From contig CAWBOS010000012.1 of NCBI GenBank assembly GCA_963790475.1, positions 1,376,001 through 1,440,000 on the forward strand: a stretch of DNA of 64,000 nt. The letters are read 5' to 3'. This DNA is from an uncultured delta proteobacterium. Lineage in GTDB: Bacteria > Desulfobacterota > RBG-13-43-22. Both the position numbers and the translations under genes were made by a program. Shown piece after piece: positions 20,195-29,344 of the stretch. The stretch's first letter is position 1; each line of letters starts with the position of its first letter. The notes beneath the pieces are model-generated. The model searched no databases and was not told where the DNA came from. It saw only the letters and a program-made list of their open reading frames with translations.

Positions 20195-20223
20195 AAAGTA
20201 CCACAGTGTGGCACTCCTGTCAA
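20195..20223 (-). promoter_or_regulatory. Sigma70 promoter overlapped by a palindromic operator
   Basis: Minus strand TTGACA-17 nt-TACTTT; AGTACCACA-G-TGTGGCACT (20197-20215) pairs at 8 of 9 positions. Confidence 0.6.
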
Positions 20224-20468
20224 CAGAAAAAAGGCGAGCGTCCTATAATGTCTTGATCTCCCTCATCGAGTGCTTATAAGGGGAAGCTCGACCTGTGAGG
20301 CATGAGTGGTGTTTCGCAGCAGACGGATCTTAGGTGCCGGGGTGATAACCGGCGTATCAAAATTTTCGGAAAGGTTTCCGGGAGACCTGGTTGGAATGGC
20401 CGGGCTTTTTCTCGTGGTTTTCTTGTTTGATTAAGTTCTCGTCTCCACCCGGAGACGTTTTTTCAGTT

Positions 20469-20741
20469 TCAGCCCCCGGTATTGGGCTCTTCCTGAATAT
20501 TTAAGGGAGGCGGAATTAAAGGATTTGTGTATCCGGTTTTTTCCCTGGAAGGGGCCATTGGAGAAGAGAAGAGGTTACCGGAGGAGGTTGCATGGGGTCC
20601 ATTTTGATCAAATTCCTTCTGGGTCTCCGGCGGGGCAGGAAAGGGAGTCTTTTTCTCCCGAGCAAAGAGAGAGACGGCCAAAAGAAAAATAAGAAGAATA
20701 GCCCATAACAGAGTATTAAATAATTTTATAAAAGATTTCAT
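20469..20741 (-). CDS. Hypothetical protein with N-terminal TM/signal segment
   Basis: GGAG RBS and hydrophobic N-terminus; overlaps the stop of the upstream gene. Confidence 0.45.
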   Translation of the reverse strand: MKSFIKLFNTLLWAILLIFLLAVSLFAREKKTPFPAPPETQKEFDQNGPHATSSGNLFSSPMAPSREKTGYTNPLIPPPLNIQEEPNTGG

Positions 20742-20950
20742 ATCCTCTCCTTGACCCAAGACTTGATCTGCTTTTTATTTGGCACTTGCCCGACAGAAAC
20801 GAGTTTTCCATTAATCAGCAAGGCCGGGCTTCCCATTATACCATAGGAAGCAATCTTCTTGACATCGGTAACATGTTCCAGATCGGCGGTCAAGTTCAAT
20901 TCGTTCAGGACTTCCATAACCCGGTTGAAAACAGTTCGGTAGCCATCTTT
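20738..20950 (-). pseudogene. Thioredoxin-family (small redox-active disulfide protein) fragment lacking the CxxC N-terminus
   Basis: LEHVTDVKKIASYGIMGSPALLINGKLVSVGQVP; compare the intact homolog at 44805-45041. Confidence 0.65.
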
Positions 20951-20988
20951 TCCTCCTGAGTTCATGGCGTGGGGTTCTCTGTTCAAGT

Positions 20989-21177
20989 CTAATTAGTTTC
21001 CATCCGGGAACGGTCCTTTTTCGCCCTGGCTGTGTCAATCTACAGGATTGTTTGTGCGGCGTACCCATGTACGCCTCCGTGCAATCCCTTGATTTCCTTG
21101 CCAGGACAAAAAATTCCTCGTTTCCGAATTGGAACCAATAGTTTCACATCCGTTATTTCCGGATGAGAACTAATTAG
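20989..21177. mobile_element. MITE-like element, 189 bp
   Basis: Terminal inverted repeats CTAATTAGTTTCCATCCGGGAA / TTTCCGGATGAGAACTAATTAG; internal hairpin GGCGTAC-ccat-GTACGCC; no credible ORF. Confidence 0.75.
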
Positions 21178-21280
21178 TATAGTGAGTTTATTGACATAAT
21201 ACAAAAAAGTATTACTTTAAGAAAGTAAATAGAATTAAATATAAGAATAAATAATACCCTTAAACTGATTGATGACCTTA

Positions 21281-21523
21281 ATGAAGATTCAATTAAAACT
21301 TTTTGCCTCTTTGACCCGATTTCTACCTGATCAAAAAGACTCCGGTTTTTCCAACCTGGTGGAGATCGATAAAGGGACGACGATTGAGGAATTATTGGAC
21401 CATTTAAAGATCCCTCGGGAACAACCCAAGATCATTTTTTTAAACGGCATTCATGCCGAAGGAACAACGGTTCTGAAGGAGGGGGACCGCCTGGGGATTT
21501 TTCCACCACTGGCCGGCGGCTAA
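21281..21523 (+). CDS. MoaD/ThiS-family sulfur carrier
   Basis: KLFASL, LKEGDRLGIFPPLAGG C-terminus. Confidence 0.88.
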   Translation: MKIQLKLFASLTRFLPDQKDSGFSNLVEIDKGTTIEELLDHLKIPREQPKIIFLNGIHAEGTTVLKEGDRLGIFPPLAGG

Positions 21524-21716
21524 ATAAAAACCATCCTTTTCCTTCTTGAGCTTGTCCGTCATTAATGTCAAATAAGACATATTGACAAAGTAAATTCATT
21601 CCTCTTATGATTGTCGTAATCCATAAAAGCAGGTTCACCTGAAAGTGTGATGGCTTTTAGAGATTCATTTTCCTGTATCTCCCAAGTATTAACTCTAACC
21701 GAGAAGGAGGTTCTTC

Positions 21717-23453
21717 ATGGAAAAAATTCTGAGAATCGATATGGGGGCGGAAGGCGGTCCAAAAATCAATGAAGTTCCGGTTGGGGATTATGCCGGATTG
21801 GGAGGCCGGGCCATGACCTCGACCATTGTAGCCAAGGAAGTGCCCCCGACCTGTCATCCCTTGGGGGCCGACAATAAATTGGTGATTGCCCCGGGTCTGT
21901 TAAGCGGGACTGCGGCAGCCATGTCCGGCAGGTTATCGATCGGATGCAAAAGCCCTTTGACCGGCGGCATCAAGGAAGCCAATTCCGGAGGCCAGCCCTC
22001 ACAGGTCCTGGCCCGCCTGGGCTATGCGGCCATCGTTCTTGAAGGAAAACCGAAGGACGAAACCTTGTATAAAGTTTTCATCAACAAGGATGGTGTAAAA
22101 ATTCAACCCGACAATAGTCTGAAGGGTCTCCCTAATTACGACCTGATTGAAAAAATGAAGACCCAATACGGGGATAAAATCGCCTGTATCTCCATCGGGC
22201 CGGCCGGTGAAATGAAGCTGGCCGCGGCTTCCATTGCCTGTACGGACATGGAACTGAGGCCAACCCGGCATGCCGGCCGCGGCGGGGTTGGTGCGGTCAT
22301 GGGTTCCAAAGGGGTAAAGGTAATCGTCCTGGACGATACCGGGAAGACCATGCGCTCTCCCAAGGATCCGGAAAAATTCAAAGAGGCCTCAAAAGCATGG
22401 GTCAAAGGATTACAGGGCCACCCGGTCACCGGCCAGGGTCTGCCGGCCTATGGAACGAATGTCTTGACCAATATCTTGAACGAAGCTGGCGCTTATCCGA
22501 CTTATAATTTCAAAGAAGGCCGATTTTCCGGTGCCGCCAAGATCAGCGGGGAAACCCAGGCCGAATTGGAGACCGCACGGGGAGGGCTGGCCACCCATGG
22601 CTGCCACCGGGGTTGCATCATTCGCTGCTCCGGCACCTATAATGACAAAGACGGCCATTTCCTGACCAAGCAGCCGGAATATGAAACAGTCTGGGCCCAC
22701 GGAGGGAATTGCGGCATCGATGACCTGGATGCCATTGCCCAAATGGATTTCCTGGATGATAATTATGGATTGGACACCATTGAGATGGGAGCCACCATCG
22801 GCGTGGCTATGGAGGCCGGCCTGTTAAAATTCGGTGACGCTCAAGGGGCCATTAATCTGATTAAGGAAGTGGGAAAGGGGACTCCTTTAGGCCGGATTTT
22901 AGGTAGCGGTGCGGCGGTGACCGGCAAGGTTTTTGGTGTTGAACGGATTCCGGTCGTCAAAGGCCAAGCCATGCCGGCCTATGACCCCCGGGCTGTCCAG
23001 GGCATCGGGGTGACCTATGCTACCAGTCCCATGGGGGCCGACCATACGGCCGGCTATGCCGTGGCCACCAATATTATGAATGTCGGCGGTCAGGTAGATC
23101 CTCTTAAACCAGCAGGGCAGATCGAGCTTTCCCGGAATCTGCAAATCGCCACGGCGGCCATCGATGCCGTCGGTATGTGTCTGTTCATTGCCTTTGCCGT
23201 TCTCGATCAGCCGGAGACCTTTCAGGCCCTGCTTGATATGATTAATGCCTTTTACGGTCTGAATCTGACGGGCGATGATGTGACCGCCCTGGGAAAATCA
23301 ATCCTTAAGAACGAAAGGGACTTTAATCTCCGGGCCGGTTTTACCGCCCAACAGGACCGTTTGCCGGACTTTTTCAAAAAAGAGCCGGTGGCACCACACA
23401 ATGTCACCTTCCAGGTTAAAGATGAGGAGTTGGATCAGGTTTTTAACTGGTAA
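21717..23453 (+). CDS. aor: Tungsten-type aldehyde:ferredoxin oxidoreductase
   Basis: KSPLTGGIKEANSGG, GRGGVGAVMGSKGVK, CHRGCIIRC, EYET, GLDTIE, YDPR, GADH. Confidence 0.93.
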   Translation: MEKILRIDMGAEGGPKINEVPVGDYAGLGGRAMTSTIVAKEVPPTCHPLGADNKLVIAPGLLSGTAAAMSGRLSIGCKSPLTGGIKEANSGGQPSQVLARLGYAAIVLEGKPKDETLYKVFINKDGVKIQPDNSLKGLPNYDLIEKMKTQYGDKIACISIGPAGEMKLAAASIACTDMELRPTRHAGRGGVGAVMGSKGVKVIVLDDTGKTMRSPKDPEKFKEASKAWVKGLQGHPVTGQGLPAYGTNVLTNILNEAGAYPTYNFKEGRFSGAAKISGETQAELETARGGLATHGCHRGCIIRCSGTYNDKDGHFLTKQPEYETVWAHGGNCGIDDLDAIAQMDFLDDNYGLDTIEMGATIGVAMEAGLLKFGDAQGAINLIKEVGKGTPLGRILGSGAAVTGKVFGVERIPVVKGQAMPAYDPRAVQGIGVTYATSPMGADHTAGYAVATNIMNVGGQVDPLKPAGQIELSRNLQIATAAIDAVGMCLFIAFAVLDQPETFQALLDMINAFYGLNLTGDDVTALGKSILKNERDFNLRAGFTAQQDRLPDFFKKEPVAPHNVTFQVKDEELDQVFNW

Positions 23454-23474
23454 CCATTTGTTTTAAACTTTCCA

Positions 23475-23505
23475 GGGGGAGGTCTTTCTGAGGCCTCCCT
23501 TTTTT
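23475..23505 (+). terminator. Intrinsic terminator after aor
   Basis: GGGAGGTCT...AGGCCTCCC followed by T5. Confidence 0.65.
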
Positions 23506-23518
23506 CTTGTGCAACCCT

Positions 23519-24117
23519 ATGGAACAGTCTCTTTATCTGACTCTGAGGAAAAACAATCTTCATCATTTTTTCCCTTTATTTCAACAAGGGGTTATTGTAA
23601 AGATCTTGACCGGCTGGACTATCAAGGATCTGCTTTCCCTTCATCTGGAAATACCCCCCGAATATGTGGAAAACAGGATTCAAACTATTTTTCTGGACGG
23701 GAAAGCCGTGGATGATTTGGGGGAAGCGAAGGTCCGGGACGGATCGATCCTGGCCCTTTCCGCAGCCATGCCAGGTCTGGTAGGGGCCACCTTGCGCCGA
23801 GGAGGCGCTTTTGCCTCTTTGCGCCGATCGATTACTTTTTCGGAAGGTGGCGAGGCCGATCCCTCAAAAGGAAGGCCGGATTGTTTTAAAGCTCTTTCAA
23901 CCTCCTGGTGCCGGAATTAGGCCCCCATTTATTGGCTAAAGGGATTTGGTTGAAAGGAAAAGATCTCAATCGATTTCTCGGGGGATTAAAAAAGGATTTT
24001 TGGGAGGAATGCCGGGAAGTGGTGAGAAACGGACAAAAAATCGAAAGGCCGTTTGATCCGTCTGAATTGAATTGTGAGAACGACCCCTTGGTATTCTTGC
24101 AGATTACTGCCAGATAG
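23519..24117 (+). CDS. Conserved hypothetical AOR-associated protein; two +1 homopolymer frameshifts near 23862 and 23897
   Basis: RIQTIFLDGKAVD, LALSAAMPGLVGATLRRGG; the repaired frame reads RIVLKLFNLLVPELGP and joins ORF 23908-24117. Confidence 0.65.
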
Positions 24118-24146
24118 ATCTTCGAAAGAGGAAGGCGGAACAGTCG

Positions 24147-24536
24147 CTATGGTTCAATCACCGCACACCGGCCGCGATTTTTAGCTTTACGAACCAGTTT
24201 TTGGTCAAAGGTATAAAATGCCCGACAGCCCTGGGATACAGCCAAATGTAGGGCATCGGCAAAATCCATTCCCTCGGAATACCACTTTAAGGCTGTTCCC
24301 ATACGATTCGGACTGGAAAGGGTCACATTCGGCAGACCGCAGAGTTTTAGAAAGGCCTCATAAATGTCTGTCGGAGAGAAACCGTAGGCGTAACGAAGAA
24401 ACCATTCGGTTTCAAGAAAGACTGTTTCAGGAATGAGAAGGTGTTCCTTCTTGAATACCGACTCCGCTTTCGCGGCCTGCCCGGGATCATCATGGGTCAG
24501 GAGACGAACCAGGATATTGGTGTCAACGCCGGTCAC
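24147..24536 (-). CDS. vapC: VapC-type PIN toxin
   Basis: VDTNILVR, ETEW, DFADALH, TFD. Confidence 0.88.
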   Translation of the reverse strand: MTGVDTNILVRLLTHDDPGQAAKAESVFKKEHLLIPETVFLETEWFLRYAYGFSPTDIYEAFLKLCGLPNVTLSSPNRMGTALKWYSEGMDFADALHLAVSQGCRAFYTFDQKLVRKAKNRGRCAVIEP

Positions 24537-24786
24537 GTTTTACGGCCCTTGCGCCTTTTTTAATGGCATCTTCCATCTCTTCAAGAGATTTAGCTTTTCC
24601 TGAATAGGGAAGGCAAGAGGCCACATCCCGGAGGGAGGTCTCCGGAAATGCCGATATCGGTTTGAGGAGAATGCCCTCATCGGTTTCGATGGTTTGAAGC
24701 TCCTGTCCCGGCTCCCAGCGCCGCCGCGTGCGTAATTCCTTGGGGATGATTACCTGGCCTTTGCTGGAAAGTCTTGTGATTTGCAT
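24523..24786 (-). CDS. AbrB/MazE-fold antitoxin
   Basis: LSSKGQVIIPKELR; overlaps the toxin start. Confidence 0.88.
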   Translation of the reverse strand: MQITRLSSKGQVIIPKELRTRRRWEPGQELQTIETDEGILLKPISAFPETSLRDVASCLPYSGKAKSLEEMEDAIKKGARAVKRDRR

Positions 24787-25066
24787 AGAGTTTCTCCCTG
24801 GTAAGAAAAAAGTAAGATAATGGTATCACCTGAGTCGGGGGCTGTCAAGAAGAATTGACAGGCTGCTTTTCACCCTTCCTCACTCGAATCATTTTTCCGA
24901 GGCAATGGCTGTAGGCACACCATGGAAATTTCAACTAAGGCAATAGATATCAGAAAAGAAGAATCAAGAATATATCATGGGAATTCTTAATTTTTTTAAC
25001 ATTCGTATTTCATTAATTGGAGCAAAAAAAATCTTGACACCCAATTAAAAATATTTTACTTATAAA

Positions 25067-25118
25067 CAGGGATGGAGTCCCCCCTGAAAATCGCCGAAGT
25101 CGAGCTAATGACTCCTAC
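25067..25118 (+). ncRNA. Fluoride (crcB-class) riboswitch 1
   Basis: CAGG-GATGGAGT-CCCCCCTG-AAAATCGCC...GCTAATGACTCCTAC; TTGACA at 25034 upstream. Confidence 0.85.
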
Positions 25119-25161
25119 TGCGCAAATCATTGCAGCAGTGGGGCCATTAGGAGTATTGATG

Positions 25162-25190
25162 AACCCGCTGCCAAGCGGGTTTTTATTTTT
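25162..25190 (+). terminator. Leader terminator downstream of riboswitch 1
   Basis: AACCCGCT-gcca-AGCGGGTT followed by a T-tract. Confidence 0.7.
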
Positions 25191-25249
25191 GGGGGAAGAA
25201 GGTCTTCTTTAAAACCCATTTTCTTCTAAAATATATTGGAGATTGTAGA

Positions 25250-26407
25250 ATGGAAGATCAAATTATATCTTTGGTCCTCTGGGCGCTCATCTTTGTTGCC
25301 GGTTTTTTTTCGGTTGAACTGGGCCTGTCGGTGGCCATCATTGAAATGTCTCTGGGTGTCATTGGTGGAAACTTTTTAGGGCTCCATCCCACCCCCTGGA
25401 TCACCTACCTGGCCGGATTCGGCGGCATCCTCTTGACCTTTCTGGCCGGGGCCGAGGTGGATACTCAGGTCATGAAAGCCAAATTCAAAGAAAGTTTTCT
25501 AATCGGGGCCGTATCCTTTCTGATCCCTTTTTTAGGGGCCATGTTCTATGCCCATTATCTCCTCGACTGGTCCTGGCCGGCCGCCGAAATCGCCGGGATT
25601 GCCCTTTCCACCACCTCCCTGGCCGTGGTCTATGCGGTCTTGGTGGAAACCGGCCTGACCAATACCGAAATGGGCAAGATCCTCATGGCCGCCACCTTTA
25701 TTACCGACTTGGGAACAACCTTGGCCCTCACCCTGCTTTTCTTGGAATTCAACTGGTTCACCCTACTCTTTCTGGGAGTCTCAGCCTTGCTCATCCTGAT
25801 TATTCCCAGAATCTATCCCTGGATTTGCCGGAGGTACGGCGACCGGGTGATCGAACCGGAGATTAAATTTCTTTTTCTCATCCTCGTTATTTTTATGTTT
25901 TTCGCCAAAATCGGGGCCAGTCATGCCATCCTGCCGGCCTTTGTCCTGGGTCTGGCCATGTCCAAAAATTTTATGAAGAACCGGACCCTTCAACACCGAC
26001 TCCGGGTTGTGGCCTTTGCCATCATCACCCCCTTTTTCTTTATCAACGGTGGAATGAACATCTCTTTAAAATTGCTTTTATTGAATTTGGGTCTGCTGGT
26101 CCAGATGTTTCTGGTCAAACAAGTGACCAAAATAGTAGGGGTCTATCCCTTGGCTAAAAAATATCTCCCTGAAAATGCCATGTACACGACCCTGTTGATG
26201 AGCACGGGTCTGACCATGGGGACCATCTCTTCAGTCTTTGGATTAACTGCCGGTATTATCAATCGGGCTCAGTTCTCCGTCTTGGTGGCCGTTGTCGTTT
26301 TGAGTGCCATCATCCCCACCTTCATCGCCCAGAAATGGTTTGAACCCAAATATGAATTACCCAACTTGAATGGTTTATCTGCAACCTCAGAAAATTTAGA
26401 AGAATAG
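25250..26407 (+). CDS. Cation:proton antiporter (CPA2-like)
   Basis: Multi-TM; SVAIIE, LTFLAGAEVD, STTSLAVVY, TFITDLG, PFFFI, MSTGLT.GTI. Confidence 0.88.
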   Translation: MEDQIISLVLWALIFVAGFFSVELGLSVAIIEMSLGVIGGNFLGLHPTPWITYLAGFGGILLTFLAGAEVDTQVMKAKFKESFLIGAVSFLIPFLGAMFYAHYLLDWSWPAAEIAGIALSTTSLAVVYAVLVETGLTNTEMGKILMAATFITDLGTTLALTLLFLEFNWFTLLFLGVSALLILIIPRIYPWICRRYGDRVIEPEIKFLFLILVIFMFFAKIGASHAILPAFVLGLAMSKNFMKNRTLQHRLRVVAFAIITPFFFINGGMNISLKLLLLNLGLLVQMFLVKQVTKIVGVYPLAKKYLPENAMYTTLLMSTGLTMGTISSVFGLTAGIINRAQFSVLVAVVVLSAIIPTFIAQKWFEPKYELPNLNGLSATSENLEE

Positions 26408-26416
26408 GAGGTGTTT

Positions 26417-26857
26417 ATGTTTAAAAAATTACTGGTGGCTTATGATGGATCCGAGGATTCCAAAAAGGCCCTGGAGATTGCCCTGGAATTATCCAAAAAG
26501 TTTGGTTCGGAAGTCCATCTACTTACCATCATCGAACAGCTCCCTCATTATGCGGCTACCATCGGTGAGGTGAAAGAGGCCCTGGCTGAGATCACCAAGG
26601 AGATAGAAAAGGAGCAAACCCTGGTCTGTGAGGCCACCCGGGAACAGGGGATTGACATTAAATGCCGGATCCTGCCCGGACATGAAGTGGAGGCCATCAT
26701 CGCCTATGCCCAAAAGGGCAACTTTGATGCCTTGCTATTGGGGCGTAAAGGCCGGTCCGCCATCCTTCACACCAAAAGCGGCAGTACGGCCGTTCAAGTG
26801 TCCACCCATGCTCCCTGTACGGTCATCCTGGCCCAGGCTGAGAAGAAAAAGGAATGA
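26417..26857 (+). CDS. Universal stress protein
   Basis: FKKLLVAYDGSEDSKKAL...GS..A.CTV. Confidence 0.9.
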   Translation: MFKKLLVAYDGSEDSKKALEIALELSKKFGSEVHLLTIIEQLPHYAATIGEVKEALAEITKEIEKEQTLVCEATREQGIDIKCRILPGHEVEAIIAYAQKGNFDALLLGRKGRSAILHTKSGSTAVQVSTHAPCTVILAQAEKKKE

Positions 26858-26914
26858 GTAATTGGAAAAATTCTCTTGACCGATGGCATTGTGATGAATA
26901 TTAGAATTTAATAA

Positions 26915-26984
26915 GGTGATGAAGTTCACCGGAACCGCTTTCTTTTAATTACCGATAGGTTTAAAGAAAGCTCATGACTTCTAC
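26915..26984 (+). ncRNA. Fluoride (crcB-class) riboswitch 2; terminator extends to about 27012
   Basis: GGTGATGAAGTTCACC-GGAACCGC...GCTCATGACTTCTAC; the GAAGT/ACTTC pseudoknot covaries with the canonical GGAGT/ACTCC; terminator ACTTCTAC...GTAGAAGT then T-tract. Confidence 0.85.
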
Positions 26985-27225
26985 TTCAAAATATATGGGG
27001 TAGAAGTTTTTTATTTTTAAGGCCTGTAGAATCTTAGATGAAAAGCGATGATTTGAACAAATTTCGCAAATAAGAAACCTTATGAGGATCAAAGGGCCAA
27101 AAGAAAATTCGGATTGGTTGAAATGCCATTAGGATAAGCGATAGGCTGCCCTGGATGTCCTATGATAAAAAGTGATTCCCGATCTCCTATTCTATTTATT
27201 AAATCAAAAAGAACAATCGCTTCCT

Positions 27226-27708
27226 ATGATCTATTATTGCCCCTTCTGCTGGTTTGAATCTTCAATGCCTTTTGAGACCTGCCCCCGCTGCCGGCAGGAT
27301 CTTACCAAATTAAAGGACATGGATTATGCGGAACGTCTGGCTCTGTCCTTGCGGCACCCCGAGCCGGAGACCCGTTATCGAGCCGCTCACATCCTTGGAT
27401 TATTGAAGGCCGTAAAAGCCATCCCCGCTTTAATTCAGGCGGCTCAAGAAACGGGGGACCTTTTTTTACTTCAGAAAATCGCTTGGGCCTTGGGAGAAAT
27501 GAAAGATCCCGCCTCCTTGGCGCAACTCATGAATTTTTTAAAACATCCTTCATTTATAATTCGTAAAGAAGCTGTTCAGGCCCTTAGCAAACTGGGTGGG
27601 AAACAAGCATTAGAGGCTATATCGACTTCCTGTTCCGACCCCATTGAATCGGTTAGAGAAGCCGCCAGAGAGATTATTAAAAGGATGCAGATAACCAAGA
27701 CAGAATAA
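27226..27708 (+). CDS. Zinc-ribbon + HEAT-repeat (PBS-lyase-like) protein
   Basis: YYCPFCW...CPRC, then L.HPEPETRYRAA.ILG and repeated helical HEAT units. Confidence 0.75.
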   Translation: MIYYCPFCWFESSMPFETCPRCRQDLTKLKDMDYAERLALSLRHPEPETRYRAAHILGLLKAVKAIPALIQAAQETGDLFLLQKIAWALGEMKDPASLAQLMNFLKHPSFIIRKEAVQALSKLGGKQALEAISTSCSDPIESVREAAREIIKRMQITKTE

Positions 27709-27741
27709 AGAAATACCCGTACGCATCGAAACAATGAATTT

Positions 27742-27882
27742 TCAACTATCGGAGAAAAGTCTCGCTATTTCAAGATCAGCATTCGTCCAGCTAATTATGG
27801 CAGATAAGATAACGGCAATTGAAATGGGCAATACAAAACACCGGAAAATATGTTTATTTCTTATTTCAGCCCCTTTGCCCAT
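27742..27882 (-). pseudogene. Truncated N-terminus of a probable second PAP2-family membrane phosphatase
   Basis: Hand translation MGKGAE...ILSAIISWTNADLEIARLFSDS*; lies directly after the intact PAP2 gene. Confidence 0.35.
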
Positions 27883-27947
27883 AACATTCCGAATTCCAAG
27901 ATATTTAAATTATTTTAAGTGAGACTCCCTGTCTAAAAATTCTTCTT

Positions 27948-28571
27948 TTATTCTTTTACTTTGCTTAAATTGAATTGGTACCGGTCAAAATAATATTTTA
28001 GGATCAGTGTACCTATTATTCCGATGCCTGCTCCGGCAATCACATCGCTCAAAAAATGCGCAGTTATAATTATCCTGCTTATACCAATAGCCCCAGCCAT
28101 GATAAATAGCGGTATTCCCCAACGGGGAAAAAGGATTGTCAATGCAGTGGCAAGTGAAAATGCGGTTTGAACGTGGCCGGAAGGAAAGGATGTTATTTCA
28201 TAAAGGTGACCAAAGTAATCAAATCCAAAACGACCGAGATTAAATAAATCAACAGGGCGATGACGTCCGGCTATCCATTTCAATAAAATGGTGAAGATTC
28301 CGGTAATACTAAGAGAAAGGAAAACAAAAAGAAATCGTGCCGCATAGAGATTATTTTTGTAAATAAAACGAAAAAATAAATATAAAATTAGACTGGCAAC
28401 AAAATACCAGGTTGCAATGCCAAAAGTCGTGATTACTTCGGCCCATTTTTTTATAGCAGGGCTTAACGTCAGACAATATTTCATTAGGGAAATATCCCAA
28501 AATAAATAAGAAATGACTGTCAATATTAAACAAGTTGCAAAGACCGGTGTTGCGATCCATCTTTTTTTCAT
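27948..28571 (-). CDS. PAP2-family membrane phosphatase
   Basis: KWIAGRHRP, SFPSGH, SRIIITAHFLSDV. Confidence 0.9.
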   Translation of the reverse strand: MKKRWIATPVFATCLILTVISYLFWDISLMKYCLTLSPAIKKWAEVITTFGIATWYFVASLILYLFFRFIYKNNLYAARFLFVFLSLSITGIFTILLKWIAGRHRPVDLFNLGRFGFDYFGHLYEITSFPSGHVQTAFSLATALTILFPRWGIPLFIMAGAIGISRIIITAHFLSDVIAGAGIGIIGTLILKYYFDRYQFNLSKVKE

Positions 28572-28863
28572 GGTTTTACTCCCCGATAATCAATGTATTT
28601 CAAGATTTCGTTGCCGGATATTATTACGTGCATAAGAAGAATCATCATCTTTTGATGGTGTTGATGTAGCCTTTTCCCAGAGGCCAGCATTTATGCCCTC
28701 TCCTTGTGGGTGATCATTGGCTTTTTGATCTCAGCCACGGATCTGAAGATTCTCACGTATTGGTCACGGCCGGGCTTTCTGCCTTTTTATTTATTTTTTT
28801 GCGTGTAAGACAAGAAGTGCAAAGAAGAAAACCTTGATGGCCCGGGAAACCCTTTAACTCAAT

Positions 28864-29315
28864 TCATCCAACCTTTGATGGTTTTGCTTTGCGCAAACGT
28901 TTCGTGGTCTCCTCCAGCTGGCCCTTCTGTTTTAAGCGTGTCAACTCCTCAGGAGTTTCCTGAAACCCTTCCAGGGCGTTGAAAAACCGGTCCAGGGGAT
29001 CACCCTGAGAGGTGGGGACTAAAAAGATATGCGTGTGGGTATCCTTCGGCCCCGGGCATACATGCAGACAAAACCCGGTAGGAAGGTTTGCATGATTTTT
29101 CCGGCGACCACTTTGGCCACCCTGAAAAGGCTCTCTGTTTCTTCCACGGTGAGGTCATGCCACCAGGGGACATGTCTTTTGGGAATGATCAGGCAGTGGC
29201 CCTCGGCCAAAGGATTAATATCCAGTAAACCCAAAGACAGATCATCCTCATAGACGATATGGGCCGGCGCCTTCCTGGCAATGATATCACAAAAAACGCA
29301 CTTTTCTTCCGGCAT
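28864..29315 (-). CDS. HIT-family nucleotide hydrolase; -1 frameshift in the C-run near 29038
   Basis: CVFC, DINP..GHCLIIPKRH; restoring one C gives RIPHTHIFLVP and an open frame to TGA at 28864. Confidence 0.75.
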
Positions 29316-29344
29316 GACAAATCTCCATTAAAGATTAAAGGTTA

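Noticed and set aside
20250-20410. Possible structured ncRNA or SAM/TPP riboswitch upstream of the met cluster
   Set aside because: Hairpins exist but the SAM-I and TPP core motifs are missing. A minus-strand frame (KIRLLRNTTHASQVELPLISTR*) looks like a decayed hydrolase C-terminus.
24147-24786. VapBC pair plus dynamin and HIT as an anti-phage defence island
   Set aside because: The TA pair is ordinary, the dynamin gene is better explained by its fluoride riboswitch, and no other defence genes are seen.
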